Source: a bacterium
GTDB taxonomy: Bacteria > UBP14 > UBA6098 > 4484-93
Direction: 5' to 3'
DNA length: 64,000 nucleotides
NCBI GenBank assembly: GCA_021158465.1
Contig: JAGGUN010000035.1
Coordinates: 5,669 to 69,668 of the forward strand
Shown here: in pieces, positions 55,951 to 64,000 of the stretch
How positions within the stretch are numbered: the first letter of the stretch is position 1
Layout of the letters: each line of letters starts with the position of its first letter
Made by a program: the position numbers and the translations under genes
Notes under the pieces: generated by a model
What the model was told of the DNA's origin: nothing
Databases searched by the model: none
What the model saw: the letters and a program-made list of their open reading frames with translations, nothing else

Positions 55951-58900
55951 TCAGGTTGAGACCTGCTCTTTATCTTTCCTTTTGAAACGCTCGAAGACAG
56001 AGTATAGAACAGGGATGAACAGCAGGGTCAGGAATGTCGATGTTATGAGTCCACCGATGACCGAGCGAGCGATTGGTGCGCGGAGTTCTGCTCCCTCGCC
56101 TATACCGGCTGCCATCGGTATCATTGCTATGATGGTTGTGAGTGCCGTCATAAGGACAGGTCGTAGACGGCGTCTACCGCCTGTGATTATCGCTTCTCGG
56201 ATGGGTAGCTTGTCCCGCCTGCGGAGGAGGTTTGTATAGTCAACGAGCAGGATTCCGTTGTTGACCACGATGCCGACCAGAAGCACTATTCCGATGATGG
56301 AAAGGACATTGAGCGATGTGCCTGTCCAGAAGAGCATCCAGAGAGCTCCTATGACAGCGAGCGGAATGGTGAACATTATTATGAACGGGTCCTTCAGTGA
56401 CTCGAAGATGGAAGCCATAATCATATAGACGAGTGTGATGGCAGCGATGAATGCGATCCGGAGCCAGAAGAACGATTCTTTCTGGTCCTTTGCCTGACCG
56501 CCGACGCGGTAGTAGAACCCTTCTGGGAATTTGAGGCGCGCCAGTTCCTTCTCTATGTTAGAGACAACCTTTCCGAGGTCCTGTCCCTTGTGGTTGCAGG
56601 ATACGGTGACCACACGGCTCTGTTCCTTCCGTTTTATGACCGTTGGGCTGGCGGTAACTGTAACATCGGCGATGTTTCCGAGCGATACCATTTTCCCTGC
56701 TAAGCTCTTTATTGGAAACCTTTTTACATCCTCGAGCGTCCTTCGGTCGGGTTCCTCCATCCTCAGGGAGATATCGTATTCGTTCCCGCCGATGCGGAGC
56801 TTGGAGATAGTGCTTCCTCTGGTATAGGTATAGACATCGGATGAGGCGATTGCAACAGGTAACCCGACAGCGCTCGATTTGTGTGGGTCTATATGGATAG
56901 AGTAGTTTGGCTTTGTCCCCTCAATACTGCTCGTTATGTCCACAGCTCCCGGCGTCCTGCGCATAATCGCCTCAACGGAGTCGGCAAGCTCTTTTGCGAT
57001 ATTCTGGTCAAACCCGTATATCTCCACTTCGATACTTGAACCACCGAATGGTCCGCCTTGCATTATCCCTTCTTGGAAATAGATCTTGGCACCTGGGAAG
57101 TTGTCGAGGATAGGTCGAACGGCATTTTCAATCTCTTTCTGGCTGCGTTTGCGCTTACTTGACGGGAGAAGTTTCACAGAGATATCTGCGATGTTATTGT
57201 CGGAGCCGACGCCGACCATTCCACCGCCACCGCTCTGGGAGTATATATTCATAGCCTCTGGGACACTTTCCTGTAGCTTAGGGAACAGCTCGTTGAGATA
57301 GCGGTTCGTCTCCTCTAAGCTCTTGCCCGGGGGAAGTTCCATTCGCATGCTTATAAGGCGAGTGTCCATTGATGGGGTAAATTCCGTTCCGATGAAGCGA
57401 AATGGAAAAACGAGCATAACACTTATCAAAAATAGGAAGACGACGCCGATGGTGAAGGTTGTCCTGTGTGAGAGGCACCACTTAAGCCAGCGTGTGTAAG
57501 TTGTATCGATATAATCGAAGAACCGCTTGAACACTCCAAATAATCCCCTTCCGTTTCCAGTATTCACCTTGACAGGGATAACCCTCGCGGCGAGAAGCGG
57601 AATGAGTGCGAAGGCAACGAAAAGTGATGTAATCAGGGATATTGTAACTGTTAGAGCCAGGTCGTGTGAGAGTATCCCGACAACACCGGGGATAAACATA
57701 ACGGGCACGAATACGGAGAGGGTGGTTAGTGTCGATGCGACAACTGGTGATATTACCTCCTGCGTTCCGGTGAGAGCAGACTCTATTAGCTTTTTCCCGC
57801 CTTCCCTATGTCTGAAGATATTCTCCATAACGACAATAGAGTTATCGACGAGCATTCCGACAGCGAGCGCAAGTCCGCCCATAGACATAAGGTTCATCGT
57901 TATGCCCATTCCGTTCATCACGATGAATGTTGCGATGACCGAAATCGGGATAGCAAGTCCGACAATAATGGTGCTGCGGAAGTTCCGCAGGAATATAAGA
58001 AGCACGAGAATTGCGAGCAGGAACCCCTCAAGCAGGCTGTTTAAGACATTCTTCAAAGCCTTCTCGATGTATTCGGACATATCTATAATTGTTGTAAGCT
58101 TAATACCGGGTGGTAATATTTTTTCAAGCTCCTTCATCTCCTTGCGAACCCTCCGGGCGACCTCAACGGTCACGGCATCGGATTCCTTGGCGATCTGTAT
58201 AACCACACCAGGCTTCCCATCGACGAGTATAGAGGAAACCTCCTCCTTGAATGTGTCTAAAACTGTTGCCACATCCTTCAGCAGAACGGGCGTCCCATCC
58301 TGCAAGACACTGACGGTTGTATTCTTTATCTCATCGACCGAGCTGTATTCTCCGACTGTCCTAACGATGAACTCCATACCTCCCTTTTTCACCGAGCCAC
58401 CCGGCATACTCACATTTGCTGCCTGAACGGCGTTGGTAATCTCTCTCGGAGATATATTATAAGCGATAAGTTTATCCCTGTTGAGGTTTATCTGTATCTC
58501 TCGCTCGAGTCCTCCCCAGACCTCTGCTTGTGCGACACCATCGAGCCTTTCCAGGTGTGGGGCGATCTTTTCGTCGGTGATGTTGCGAAGCTGAAATAGG
58601 TCGTCTCTGCCGGATACTCCTATCACCATAATCGGCATTACCGATGGGTCGAACTTCATTGCAAGCGGCTTGGAGGCATCGGAGGGTAAAAACGCCTCCA
58701 CAAGCCCAAGCTTGTCCCTTACATCCGTCACGGCGGCATCCATATCATAGCCCCAGTTAAACCTGACGAGGGTCATCACCTGACCTTCTCTTATTATCGA
58801 TATAACATCCTTCATACCGCTAACGGTGGATAAAGCACCCTCTATCGGGCGGGCAATGATCTTCTCCACATCCTCCGGACCAACGCCCTGATATGTCGTT

Positions 58901-59043
58901 ATCACCCCGACAACAGGGAAGTTTATGTCTGGGAACAGGTCGATATTCAGATTGATAAGCGAGACCAGCCCCAGGCAAACAATTATAAGGAACACCATTA
59001 TGAAGGTTATTTTTCTGTTTATAGCGATCTTTGTGAGCCACAT
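55951..59043 (-). CDS. RND efflux permease (AcrB/SwrC-like)
   Basis: 1030 aa with DLFPDI.FP, GMLVDNSIVVMENI, GIVVNNGILLVD and RLRPVLMT. Confidence 0.95.
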   Translation of the reverse strand: MWLTKIAINRKITFIMVFLIIVCLGLVSLINLNIDLFPDINFPVVGVITTYQGVGPEDVEKIIARPIEGALSTVSGMKDVISIIREGQVMTLVRFNWGYDMDAAVTDVRDKLGLVEAFLPSDASKPLAMKFDPSVMPIMVIGVSGRDDLFQLRNITDEKIAPHLERLDGVAQAEVWGGLEREIQINLNRDKLIAYNISPREITNAVQAANVSMPGGSVKKGGMEFIVRTVGEYSSVDEIKNTTVSVLQDGTPVLLKDVATVLDTFKEEVSSILVDGKPGVVIQIAKESDAVTVEVARRVRKEMKELEKILPPGIKLTTIIDMSEYIEKALKNVLNSLLEGFLLAILVLLIFLRNFRSTIIVGLAIPISVIATFIVMNGMGITMNLMSMGGLALAVGMLVDNSIVVMENIFRHREGGKKLIESALTGTQEVISPVVASTLTTLSVFVPVMFIPGVVGILSHDLALTVTISLITSLFVAFALIPLLAARVIPVKVNTGNGRGLFGVFKRFFDYIDTTYTRWLKWCLSHRTTFTIGVVFLFLISVMLVFPFRFIGTEFTPSMDTRLISMRMELPPGKSLEETNRYLNELFPKLQESVPEAMNIYSQSGGGGMVGVGSDNNIADISVKLLPSSKRKRSQKEIENAVRPILDNFPGAKIYFQEGIMQGGPFGGSSIEVEIYGFDQNIAKELADSVEAIMRRTPGAVDITSSIEGTKPNYSIHIDPHKSSAVGLPVAIASSDVYTYTRGSTISKLRIGGNEYDISLRMEEPDRRTLEDVKRFPIKSLAGKMVSLGNIADVTVTASPTVIKRKEQSRVVTVSCNHKGQDLGKVVSNIEKELARLKFPEGFYYRVGGQAKDQKESFFWLRIAFIAAITLVYMIMASIFESLKDPFIIMFTIPLAVIGALWMLFWTGTSLNVLSIIGIVLLVGIVVNNGILLVDYTNLLRRRDKLPIREAIITGGRRRLRPVLMTALTTIIAMIPMAAGIGEGAELRAPIARSVIGGLITSTFLTLLFIPVLYSVFERFKRKDKEQVST

Positions 59044-59057
59044 ATTCTTGTATTCCC

Positions 59058-59954
59058 CTATTCTACGATTTCGACTGTTGCCCCATCGGATAAGTAGTAG
59101 TTTCCTCTGCTTACCACCAGGTCATCTGCAGATACGCCAGAGATGACCTCGACTGAATCCTCGTTTTCCAGTCCGAGCTTAAGCATCTTTTTATGTGCGA
59201 TGTTGTTCTTCACGGTGAATGCATAGATCTCGCCTGTTTCGAGGTTCCTTACAACGGCGTTTTGAGGGAGGATAAGAACATTCTCCTTTGTCACGGTTGG
59301 GAGTGTTACCCTGGCAAACATACCAGGTTTCAGGAGGTAGTCTTTATTTCTCACCATGCATTCTACCTTGACCGAGCGGCTCATCGGGTCGACCACGGGT
59401 GAAATGTTCGTTATCCTCCCTATGAAGACTGTGTCCGGATAGGCGTCCACGCTGATATTTACCTGTTTTACTCCGTGTAGCTCCAAGATCTTCTTCTCTG
59501 GGACGGAGAAGCTTACCTTCACGATATTCATCTTGATCACTGATGCGACAGGAACCTGAGGAGCAACATAGCTGCCAGCGTCGAGGTTCAATTGAGCGAT
59601 TATGCCTGTTATCGGGGATCTTAGCTTTGCTCGCTCATATTTCATTCCAGGGATATCCTTGCTAATGTAGGCTATTACCTCGTCCTTCACTACCAGCTCC
59701 CCCTCGTTGACTAAGAATTTCTCTATCTTCCCTGCCACCTCCGGATATACATTGACCTGCTTGTCTGGCAGAACATTTCCTGTGAAGTGCAGTTGATAGG
59801 AGAATTTCCCTTTCGTGGGATGGACAACCTTTACAGGGATAGCGGCTTTTTCTTCCTTTGCGAGTTTCTCCTTTAAGGAGACCTCCTCATAAACCCTGAA
59901 AGCAGTCAATCCAACGAGGAAGATGAGCAGGAGAACCAGAACTATCCTCTTCAT
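59058..59954 (-). CDS. RND periplasmic adaptor (membrane fusion protein), short-hairpin type
   Basis: N-terminal TM, V.PEVAGKI...VNEGE.V, RSPITG, ISPVVDP.SR and LKPGMFA. Confidence 0.92.
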   Translation of the reverse strand: MKRIVLVLLLIFLVGLTAFRVYEEVSLKEKLAKEEKAAIPVKVVHPTKGKFSYQLHFTGNVLPDKQVNVYPEVAGKIEKFLVNEGELVVKDEVIAYISKDIPGMKYERAKLRSPITGIIAQLNLDAGSYVAPQVPVASVIKMNIVKVSFSVPEKKILELHGVKQVNISVDAYPDTVFIGRITNISPVVDPMSRSVKVECMVRNKDYLLKPGMFARVTLPTVTKENVLILPQNAVVRNLETGEIYAFTVKNNIAHKKMLKLGLENEDSVEVISGVSADDLVVSRGNYYLSDGATVEIVE

Positions 59955-59972
59955 GATTATATTCCTCCGTTT

Positions 59973-61289
59973 TTATTCTTCGTGCATTGCTCTCTTGAGC
60001 TTTGCTATTGCTGTATTGTACTGGACGAGCGCCTGAAGATAGTTTACCTTTGCTTGATTGTTTGCCATTTGTGCATCAGTGTATTCTGTTTGTGAGATGA
60101 GTCCGTTCTTGTACTGTTCCTCTGCGATTCGCAGAGCCTCCTGTGCCTGAGATAGGTTTGCCTCCTGCGATTCCAGAAGCTCCTGTGCCTCCTGGAAACT
60201 GAGGTAAGCCTGTCTTACCTCCAGTTTTATACCCTCACGTGTCTGCTTCATAGCGTAGTCTATTTGTTGGAGCTGTGAGCGAGCGCTCTTTACATCGGCA
60301 ATGCGGGATAACCCATTGAATATGTCGAAATTCAGGATGAGCGATATGTTCCAATCTTTGCCCCATTTGTTCTGTTGCTGGTATGGTTTCTGATAGCTGT
60401 AGGAGAACTGTGTGACAAGCGTTGGCAGGAAGGCTCGCTTTGACATAACGAGCGCGAGGTGCGCCATCTCCCGTCTCTTTTCGAGCGATAGCAGCTCACA
60501 CCTTCTTGAGAGCGCAGACTCTATTGCTTCCTCGAGGGTTATATCCCAATCGGGCTTGCTCAGGCTATCAACGAGTACAAACGGTGTGTCAAGAGGGAGA
60601 CCGAGTAGCAGTTTCAGAGCGTCTTCTGCAAGACGGACACCGTTTTTTGCCCGTATGAGGTTCGGCTGGAAGTTCGCCTTTGCTACCCTTGCACGCAACA
60701 GGTCGAAATGAGACAGCATCCCCGCAGCATAAAGCGATTCCGCCTGCTCAAGATGCTTAAGAAGTTGAGCATAACCATCCTTGGTAACTTCAAGCATATC
60801 GTATGCCCAGAGCAGGTTGTAGTAGGTTTCCTCGACCTGAAGTATAAGGTCTGATTCAGCCTTTTTGTTATCATATTCTGTTGCCTGGAGGTTCAGGCGA
60901 GATAGTTTGTATGAGTTTATTATGTTTCCACCGGCGAAGAGCGGCTGGTTAACAGTTACCGAGTAGTTGTAATTGTTCTGTTCGCCCATTTCTATCTCGA
61001 CGGTTTCCGAGAATGGAAGTCCCATCATCTCGCCCATATCTATTTTCATCTTTGGGACCTCGCCCAGCCTGGTATAGACGCCGGTGAAGCTTGCTTGCGG
61101 GAAGAATGCCGCCCTTGATTTCTCAACCTTCGCCCTTGCCTGCTCAACCGCCTCACCCGATGCAAGCAGTCCAGGGTTCCTACTACGGGCAATAGATTTA
61201 GCTTCCTCGAGCGTGAGCCGAAGCGTGTCCTGAGCGTGAAGCCCTTCAAGGAAAAGCAAGAGCAGGAGCAAAAACAAGAATCTCTTCAT
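59973..61289 (-). CDS. TolC family outer-membrane efflux protein
   Basis: Signal peptide, LTLEEA...A...NP, FFPQ, QPLFAGG and a duplicated OEP repeat. Confidence 0.92.
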   Translation of the reverse strand: MKRFLFLLLLLLFLEGLHAQDTLRLTLEEAKSIARSRNPGLLASGEAVEQARAKVEKSRAAFFPQASFTGVYTRLGEVPKMKIDMGEMMGLPFSETVEIEMGEQNNYNYSVTVNQPLFAGGNIINSYKLSRLNLQATEYDNKKAESDLILQVEETYYNLLWAYDMLEVTKDGYAQLLKHLEQAESLYAAGMLSHFDLLRARVAKANFQPNLIRAKNGVRLAEDALKLLLGLPLDTPFVLVDSLSKPDWDITLEEAIESALSRRCELLSLEKRREMAHLALVMSKRAFLPTLVTQFSYSYQKPYQQQNKWGKDWNISLILNFDIFNGLSRIADVKSARSQLQQIDYAMKQTREGIKLEVRQAYLSFQEAQELLESQEANLSQAQEALRIAEEQYKNGLISQTEYTDAQMANNQAKVNYLQALVQYNTAIAKLKRAMHEE

Positions 61290-61297
61290 CCCTCACC

Positions 61298-61927
61298 TCA
61301 TTTCTCTACACCATGAAGGATAAACTCATAAACAGGGTTTATGTAGGACTTAATATCTTCATCGGGTTCGAAGTACCACCACCTGACGATTATTCCACGG
61401 ATCACCGAGAGCAGGAATGTCGAGAAGAGATGCGGCTCCATCTCACGAAATATCCCCTCCTCTTTCCCCTCATTGTAGATTCGAGCAAGTAGGGTATGAC
61501 TCCTCTCAAAAGCAGAAAGTATCTTGTCCAAAATACCCTTCGAAAATGCCCGACTTGTTTTCTCATAGAAGAGGTGAGACTCCCTCGACAGAAACGCTGC
61601 CATGTCCTTGTCCTCGATTGCTTCTTCGAAGTTCATCCTTATGTACATAAGTATCTTCTCTTCTGGGAAGGTATCCGATGCCGCTATCTCCTCGAGCTGT
61701 TTGAGCCTATCGGTTATTATCGAGTCCAGAAGCTCGGAGACTAAAGCCTCCTTGCTTGGGAAATAGGAGTAGAGTGTGCTTTTGGCAAAGCCTGATTCCC
61801 TTGCAATCTCGTCCACAGTGACCTCGATTATGCTCCTCTTACCAAAGAGACGCTTGGCGGCATCAAGAATAAGCTTCTTATGAAGCTCCTGTTCCTTTTC
61901 CTTGCGAATCCTTCTTGGCTCTGTCAT
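61298..61927 (-). CDS. TetR/AcrR family regulator
   Basis: ILDAAKRLF...TVDEIARESGFAKSTLYSYFPSKE. Start at ATG 61927 after GAAGGAG. Confidence 0.92.
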   Translation of the reverse strand: MTEPRRIRKEKEQELHKKLILDAAKRLFGKRSIIEVTVDEIARESGFAKSTLYSYFPSKEALVSELLDSIITDRLKQLEEIAASDTFPEEKILMYIRMNFEEAIEDKDMAAFLSRESHLFYEKTSRAFSKGILDKILSAFERSHTLLARIYNEGKEEGIFREMEPHLFSTFLLSVIRGIIVRWWYFEPDEDIKSYINPVYEFILHGVEK

Positions 61928-61964
61928 AAAAACTCCTTCGTTTGATAATCGAACTTTGAAGTTT

Positions 61965-62058
61965 AAAATATATACGAGGGAGTTTTTGTCAAGTAGTTTT
62001 TTGATTTTTTTGAGGAATACCAAAAATATCTTGACGGTATGATAAAAAACATTATATT
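61965..62058. promoter_or_regulatory. Divergent promoters for the efflux operon and SRP RNA
   Basis: Minus strand: TTGACA-N16-TATTTT (61992-61965). Plus strand: TTGACG-N16-TATATT (62031-62058). Confidence 0.6.
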
Positions 62059-62083
62059 CTGGAGAAATGTTCTTTGGAAAGTT

Positions 62084-62352
62084 GCCGTGCTAGGCGGGGA
62101 GGTAGCGGTTCCCTTTACCCGAAATCCGCTTTATGCGGGGCTGAACTCCCACAGGAGGGGATAGTTCGGTGAGATAAAGGGTTCTCTGGTATGTTGAGGT
62201 CTGGACCCCGCGCGACGGCAGCTCTCGAACCCCGTCAGGTCCGGAAGGAAGCAGCGGTAAGGGATGTTCTGTTCGTGCGCCGCGGGACTATCTGGGCTGA
62301 GTATCGGAGGATACCTGCTCGTCGGAGGATTCCTCGATTGTGGGTGCACGGC
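62084..62352 (+). ncRNA. ffs: Signal recognition particle RNA, large (Alu-domain) bacterial type
   Basis: Helix 8 TCAGGTCCGGAAGGAAGCAGC; 5' GCCGTGCTAGGCGGGGAGGTAGCGG resembles Bacillus scRNA; terminal pairing GCCGTGC/GCACGGC; ~269 nt. Confidence 0.95.
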
Positions 62353-62372
62353 GTGATCTTTAGAAGGGTAAG

Positions 62373-63509
62373 ATGGGGCATATATACACACCTGGTTTGA
62401 AGGTCACGGAGTTTTACCGGATAAGGAAGAAGCGCCTTCTTCCGCTTAAGGGTAAGACGCTTGTTCAGGTCGGGGATATGGTCGGTCCTGATGATATTGT
62501 GGCTAAGGCTGACCTTCCTGGCAGAGCGGAGCCTGTGAATGTGGCGAACCTGCTTGGGATACCTCCAGCGGAGCTTCCCTTGTTTATGAAGTATAAGGAG
62601 GGTGATGCTGTTGAGAAGGGGGCGATAATAGCGGAGAGCAAGGGGTTTTTGGGGTTGTTCAAGACACAGATTCGTTCTCCATTAAAGGGTACTATTGAAA
62701 ATATCTCCGCGGTCACGGGGCAGGTGCTTGTCAGAAGTGAGCCGATTCCTGTGGAGGTAAAGGCTTACATTAGGGGAAAGGTGGTTGAGGTTCTTCCGGA
62801 AGAGGGTGCTGTTATTGAGGCTGTTGGACCATTCATTCAGGGGATATTTGGCATTGGTGGTGAGCGGCACGGCAGGATAACGGTGGTTGTTTCCTCCCCT
62901 GAGGAGGTTCTTGATGAGAGCAAGATCCGCCCGGAGCATCAGGGGGGAGTGCTTGTTGGTGGGTCAATGATTACTGCTTCTGCTATGCGGAAGGCTGAGG
63001 AATACGGCGTAGCGGGCATTGTGGTAGGCGGTATTGATGATAGGGACCTACGGGATTTCATCGGCTATGACATCGGGGTTGCAATCACTGGGGATGAGGA
63101 TGTGAATACAACTCTCATCATCTCGGAGGGGTTTGGCAAGATGCCGATAGCAGAGAGGACATTTACCCTCCTAAGGAAGTATGAGGGTAAGGATGCCTCC
63201 GTTAGCGGAGCTACGCAGATAAGAGCAGGGGTTATCCGACCGGAGGTTGTCATTCCGTTGGAGGATGTGCCGGAGGAGAAGCTAAAAGAGATAGAGAAGA
63301 GGTCGGAGGAATTGCCTGTATTGAGTGTAGGGAGCTTGATGAGGGTGATCAGGGTGCCGTACTTTGGGAAGATCGGTAAGGTTGTTGCACTGCCGCCGGA
63401 GCTGGAGAAGCTTGAGAGCGAGACATCGGCAAGGGTGCTTGAGATTGAGTTTCTTGATGGCACCAGAGCGATTGTCCCGAGGGCGAATGTGGAGATTATT
63501 GAGGAATAA
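62373..63509 (+). CDS. Conserved hypothetical protein with barrel-sandwich-hybrid-like motifs
   Basis: YTPGL, LPLKG..LV.VGD.V, KEGDAV.KG..IA, SP..G.IE.IS..TGQ, IQGIFGIGGE, GVAITG.E, EGFG and GATQIRAGV.RPE. Confidence 0.8.
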   Translation: MGHIYTPGLKVTEFYRIRKKRLLPLKGKTLVQVGDMVGPDDIVAKADLPGRAEPVNVANLLGIPPAELPLFMKYKEGDAVEKGAIIAESKGFLGLFKTQIRSPLKGTIENISAVTGQVLVRSEPIPVEVKAYIRGKVVEVLPEEGAVIEAVGPFIQGIFGIGGERHGRITVVVSSPEEVLDESKIRPEHQGGVLVGGSMITASAMRKAEEYGVAGIVVGGIDDRDLRDFIGYDIGVAITGDEDVNTTLIISEGFGKMPIAERTFTLLRKYEGKDASVSGATQIRAGVIRPEVVIPLEDVPEEKLKEIEKRSEELPVLSVGSLMRVIRVPYFGKIGKVVALPPELEKLESETSARVLEIEFLDGTRAIVPRANVEIIEE

Positions 63510-63524
63510 TGTGAAGGGGATAAT

Positions 63525-64000
63525 ATGAAAGCAAGAGCTATTTTGGGTGCATTAGCACTGTTTTTTCTTTCCTGTGGAGGTGGTCCACCACGGGCACCGT
63601 TTGAGGTTATAGTTGAAGATTATCCGAACGATGCCGGACGCTCGGCTATTGTCAAGTGGGAGCATTTTGCTGGGAACGGTGTGAAGGCATACAAGATTAT
63701 GCGCGGGACCACTCCAGACAATATGAGGGAGATATCTCAGATAAGCGTTGAGATACCGGCAACAAGAGACAAGTATGTTCCACCGGATACAACGGATTTC
63801 GTCGGTAAGTTTGGTTACTATCTTGTGCTTGAGGGAGAGAAGGAGCCGTTCACTGCTCATTTGGTAAGGGTGACTCCGGAGACGGAAGATTCTCTGAGGA
63901 AGATTGGCAAGAGGATAGAGAAGATTGAGACGGAGATAAAGGGTTACAATGAGGGGGTCAAGAAGACCATAATTGCTTACGGGAATTTTTATAAGCTCTA
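63525..64000 (+). CDS. Lipoprotein with an FN3-like N-terminal domain (partial, window edge)
   Basis: ATG 63525 after AAGGGG; MKARAILGALALFFLS|CGG, then EDYPNDAGRSAIVKW...YKIMRG; frame open to the window end. Confidence 0.75.
   Translation, partial: MKARAILGALALFFLSCGGGPPRAPFEVIVEDYPNDAGRSAIVKWEHFAGNGVKAYKIMRGTTPDNMREISQISVEIPATRDKYVPPDTTDFVGKFGYYLVLEGEKEPFTAHLVRVTPETEDSLRKIGKRIEKIETEIKGYNEGVKKTIIAYGNFYKL

Noticed and set aside
62131-62400. Small ORFs 62131-62391 (-) and 62191-62400 (+)
   Set aside because: They overlap the SRP RNA gene.

Overview
A gene-dense 64-kb bacterial chromosomal segment with no mobile elements or CRISPR array. It probably comes from a diderm FCB-related lineage outside Bacteroidota (inference). 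The basis is six proteins with T9SS-type C-terminal sorting domains alongside Shine-Dalgarno sites, canonical TTGACA/TATAAT promoters and a large Alu-domain SRP RNA. Housekeeping content: ppdK, M42 peptidase, tldD/pmbA, coaE, metG, tdh-kbl, gcvH-PA-PB, tRNA-Val(GAC)-thrS-infC-rpmI-rplT-pheS-pheT, a TetR-TolC-MFP-RND efflux operon and SRP RNA. Surface content: pilB-pilT-pilC-pilS, a 2710-aa repeat protein, a gingipain-like C25 protease, a metalloprotease, an Omp28-like protein, ComEA, and polysaccharide export/Wbp-like sugar genes. The four most striking observations follow. (1) The 2710-aa protein has no lysine over about 2,480 consecutive residues, and the other T9SS cargoes are also Lys-depleted outside their signal, propeptide and CTD regions; a gingipain-like protease and Wbp-like genes lie nearby. 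(2) That giant gene sits inside the type IV pilus operon where pilR would normally be. (3) thrS appears to start at ATT, infC at ATC/ATA and comEA possibly at ATA, and IF3 carries an insertion. (4) Most recognisable promoters have a 16-bp spacer. All counts were made by eye and need computational confirmation.
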